This document shows, piece by piece, positions 61,782 to 64,000 of a stretch of DNA of 64,000 bases. The DNA comes from Mobula birostris. Lineage: Eukaryota. The position numbers and the translations under genes are program-made. The notes beneath the pieces were generated by a model that was not told the DNA's origin, did no database searches, and worked only from the letters and a program-made list of their open reading frames with translations. Within the stretch, counting starts at the first letter, position 1. Every line of letters begins with the position of its first letter. The stretch lies in NCBI RefSeq assembly GCF_030028105.1, contig NC_092388.1, forward strand, positions 32,049,684 through 32,113,683. Direction: 5' to 3'.

Positions 61782-62779
61782 ACAGTGCCCTGGGATTCAT
61801 TTTCTTGCAGCATTTATAGTAGAGTAAAGAAATACAATAGAATCAAAACTACATAGAAAGACTGACAAACAACCAATGGACAAAAGACAGACTGTGCAAG
61901 TACAAAACCAAAGATGGGGAACTCTCAAAAGATGGGGGTAGGCAAAGTAAATGTGGATAGCACTTCTAACTGGTGTGAAGATGAGACATGGAATGGTGGA
62001 ATCAGTGTCAAATAAGTAGAGAGGGAGATCAACATGAGATTTTGTGACGTGAGTTTCTGAAAGTGCGCCGTACACAAGGCAGATAGTGGAAGATATAGTC
62101 AGCTGTGGGGTTGAATGGAGGAAATGAAAGGAAGAGGGTGCTGAATAACACAGAAGACATTAAGACCCATGATCAATTATTTGTTCGTAACCATACAGGA
62201 TGCCTGTTTTTGAAAGGTAAGTTATAGAGCTGTACACCAAGGATCAAAAACTTTTAGTCATGTATTCCTGGCGCACACCTGGAAGAGTGGAAATTACTAA
62301 ACTCTATCAGATCAACAGAATCGAATGTACTGCATGTTTGGGCGTGTGTGGAAATAATTCACCATGCTGTTTGATGAGGTGATTTTGGTTGCAGTGCCCA
62401 AACCAACATATGGAATATATATCTGTAGCAGTGCTAATCTGATGTAGGAAAAAAAATGTCCTTTTGTGTTGTCTTTCCAGGGCATCCATTAAATCGCTGA
62501 GAAATATTCAGCGGAAGTTGTAGCCATGCTGATAGGTTTAATGTAAAACATGTAAATTCATAACTTAACCATTGAGTAGGAAAAGGCAGAGGTCCATACT
62601 AGAATGCTATTGTTCCAAGTAGTAATTAATATTTTCAATGGTCACCCAGCTAAGTTAAGTAAGAGCTTTAGGTTCAAGATGTGACTGGCAGATTATTATA
62701 ACACCTTTCTCATTCTAGAGAAATAAAGCAACACCCTTTCCTTAACTTGCAATTTTGTTTAGCAGGTTAGCGTTGCTGA

Positions 62780-62947
62780 AGATTGGTTAAAATTGTAGTT
62801 CTGATTCAGAGCCAGCTGACAGGAAGTGCTGCATTTCCTTCATACTTTAAGGTCTAACATTCCTTCTAATGAACAATTGAGTGTAGGTCAATGATTTGAC
62901 TGGATACCAAAGGAACAGCAATTTTCTTGCGTGCAATATAGGTAAGT
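62780..62947 (+). promoter_or_regulatory. Candidate promoter / non-coding exon of the CCR4-like gene
   Basis: GATTGG, TGATTCA, E-box CAGCTG (62813-62818) next to ETS CAGGAAGT (62820-62827); strong donor AG|GTAAGT at 62941/62942; acceptor CTTCTTTCTAG at 63183. Confidence 0.4.
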
Positions 62948-63206
62948 ACAAATTACGTATTTAATTTGTATTTAATTAAATAATTTTAATATATGGTAAT
63001 ATTAAAATGTGTCTAAGAGAAATCATTCTTGTTTCTGTGCATTGGTTCCAATGACTGGAGTGTGTTGTGGGCATCACTTATATTTAATAGTTTCAATGAC
63101 TACAGTAAATTAATTTTGAGCCTACCGACAGCAACTCACAGCAATGAGATAACAATTACTGACAGGTGTCTACTTCTTTCTAGTTCACTGAAAACTGCGT
63201 GGCACA

Positions 63207-64000
63207 ATGAACACAACCGAAATGCCGTCAGGCTTCAGCACTGAATATGATTACGACTATGATACATATTCTCCATGCCGCATGGAATCTGTAAAGAGTT
63301 CCAGTAAACGCTTCTTGCCAGTGCTTTACTCACTTGTGATCTTGTTTGGACTTCCAGGAAATATTCTAGTATTATGGGTTCTCCTAAAATACAGACGGCT
63401 GAGGAACATGACAGATATCTGCCTTCTCAATTTGGCAATATCTGATTTGATTTTCGTATTATCGCTTCCTTTCTGGGCATATTTTACTGCCAATCAATGG
63501 ATTTTTGGAGATGTTTTATGTAAAGTCATTAGTGCTTTTTATATGCTTGGTTATTATGGTGGTATTCTGTTCATAAGCCTGATAAGTATTGACCGTTACT
63601 TTGCAATTGTTCACGCTGTGTCTCCTTTCATGAGGAGGACTACTTTACATGGTCTTATTTCAAGCATAGCCATGTGGTTTATAGCTCTTCTAGCGTCACT
63701 TCCCAATCTAATATATACAAATACATACGTATTGGAAGGAAGAACCACTTGCCATTCCTTTACTCCAGGTGGAAGCACAACAAAATGGGAAATTTGTATT
63801 ATCCTCAAAAACAATGTCTTGGGTTTTTTAATTCCATTAGTTATAATGCTTTTCTGCTATACAAATATAGTTATAATCCTGCTTAAGAACAAAAGTAGTA
63901 AGCAGAGGGCTATAAAAGTCATATTTACTGTGGTAATTACGTTTTTAATATTCTGGACACCACATAATATAGTTTTGTTCCTGGTGTCCTTGAAGCAACT
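63207..64000 (+). CDS. C-C chemokine receptor, CCR4-like (CCR4/CCR8/CCR1-5 clade); 3'-truncated by the window
   Basis: Manual translation, open for 264 codons: MNTTEMPSGFSTEYDYDYDTYSPC..FLPVLYSLV..GNILVLWVLLKYRRLRNMTDICLLNLAISDLIFVLSLPFWAY..QWIFG..CK..SIDRYFAIVHAV..GFLIPLVIMLFCY..RAIKVIF..FWTPHNIVLFL. Confidence 0.9.
   Translation, partial: MNTTEMPSGFSTEYDYDYDTYSPCRMESVKSSSKRFLPVLYSLVILFGLPGNILVLWVLLKYRRLRNMTDICLLNLAISDLIFVLSLPFWAYFTANQWIFGDVLCKVISAFYMLGYYGGILFISLISIDRYFAIVHAVSPFMRRTTLHGLISSIAMWFIALLASLPNLIYTNTYVLEGRTTCHSFTPGGSTTKWEICIILKNNVLGFLIPLVIMLFCYTNIVIILLKNKSSKQRAIKVIFTVVITFLIFWTPHNIVLFLVSLKQ

Overview
Eukaryotic, repeat-dense vertebrate DNA. The mix of CR1, Rex/Babar, Penelope and HE1-like repeats points to a cartilaginous fish, probably a ray (inference). 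The window holds part of a chemokine-receptor cluster. Two tandem XCR1-like genes with single coding exons lie on the minus strand: 18843-19970 with the XCR1-type HRY motif and 24514-25587 with DRY. A divergently transcribed CCR4-like gene starts at 63207 and runs off the window end; it is missing from the ORF track. The rest is mostly decayed mobile DNA: CR1 and Rex/Babar LINEs, Penelope-like elements whose terminal repeats carry decayed minimal hammerhead-ribozyme motifs, a full-length Tc1 element, hAT-like MITEs, SINEs, a solo LTR, an ~8.5 kb epsilon-like endogenous retrovirus (tRNA-Gln PBS, pol and env remnants), and a ~4.2 kb CT tract with an assembly gap. I found no clearly new biological system. 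The best leads are the HRY/DRY XCR1 pair, the hairpin hammerhead mini-element with a 13-bp TSD, a possible class of non-coding bipartite Rex-dependent retroelements, and two inverted CR1 copies sharing a frameshift site. All alignments were done by eye.
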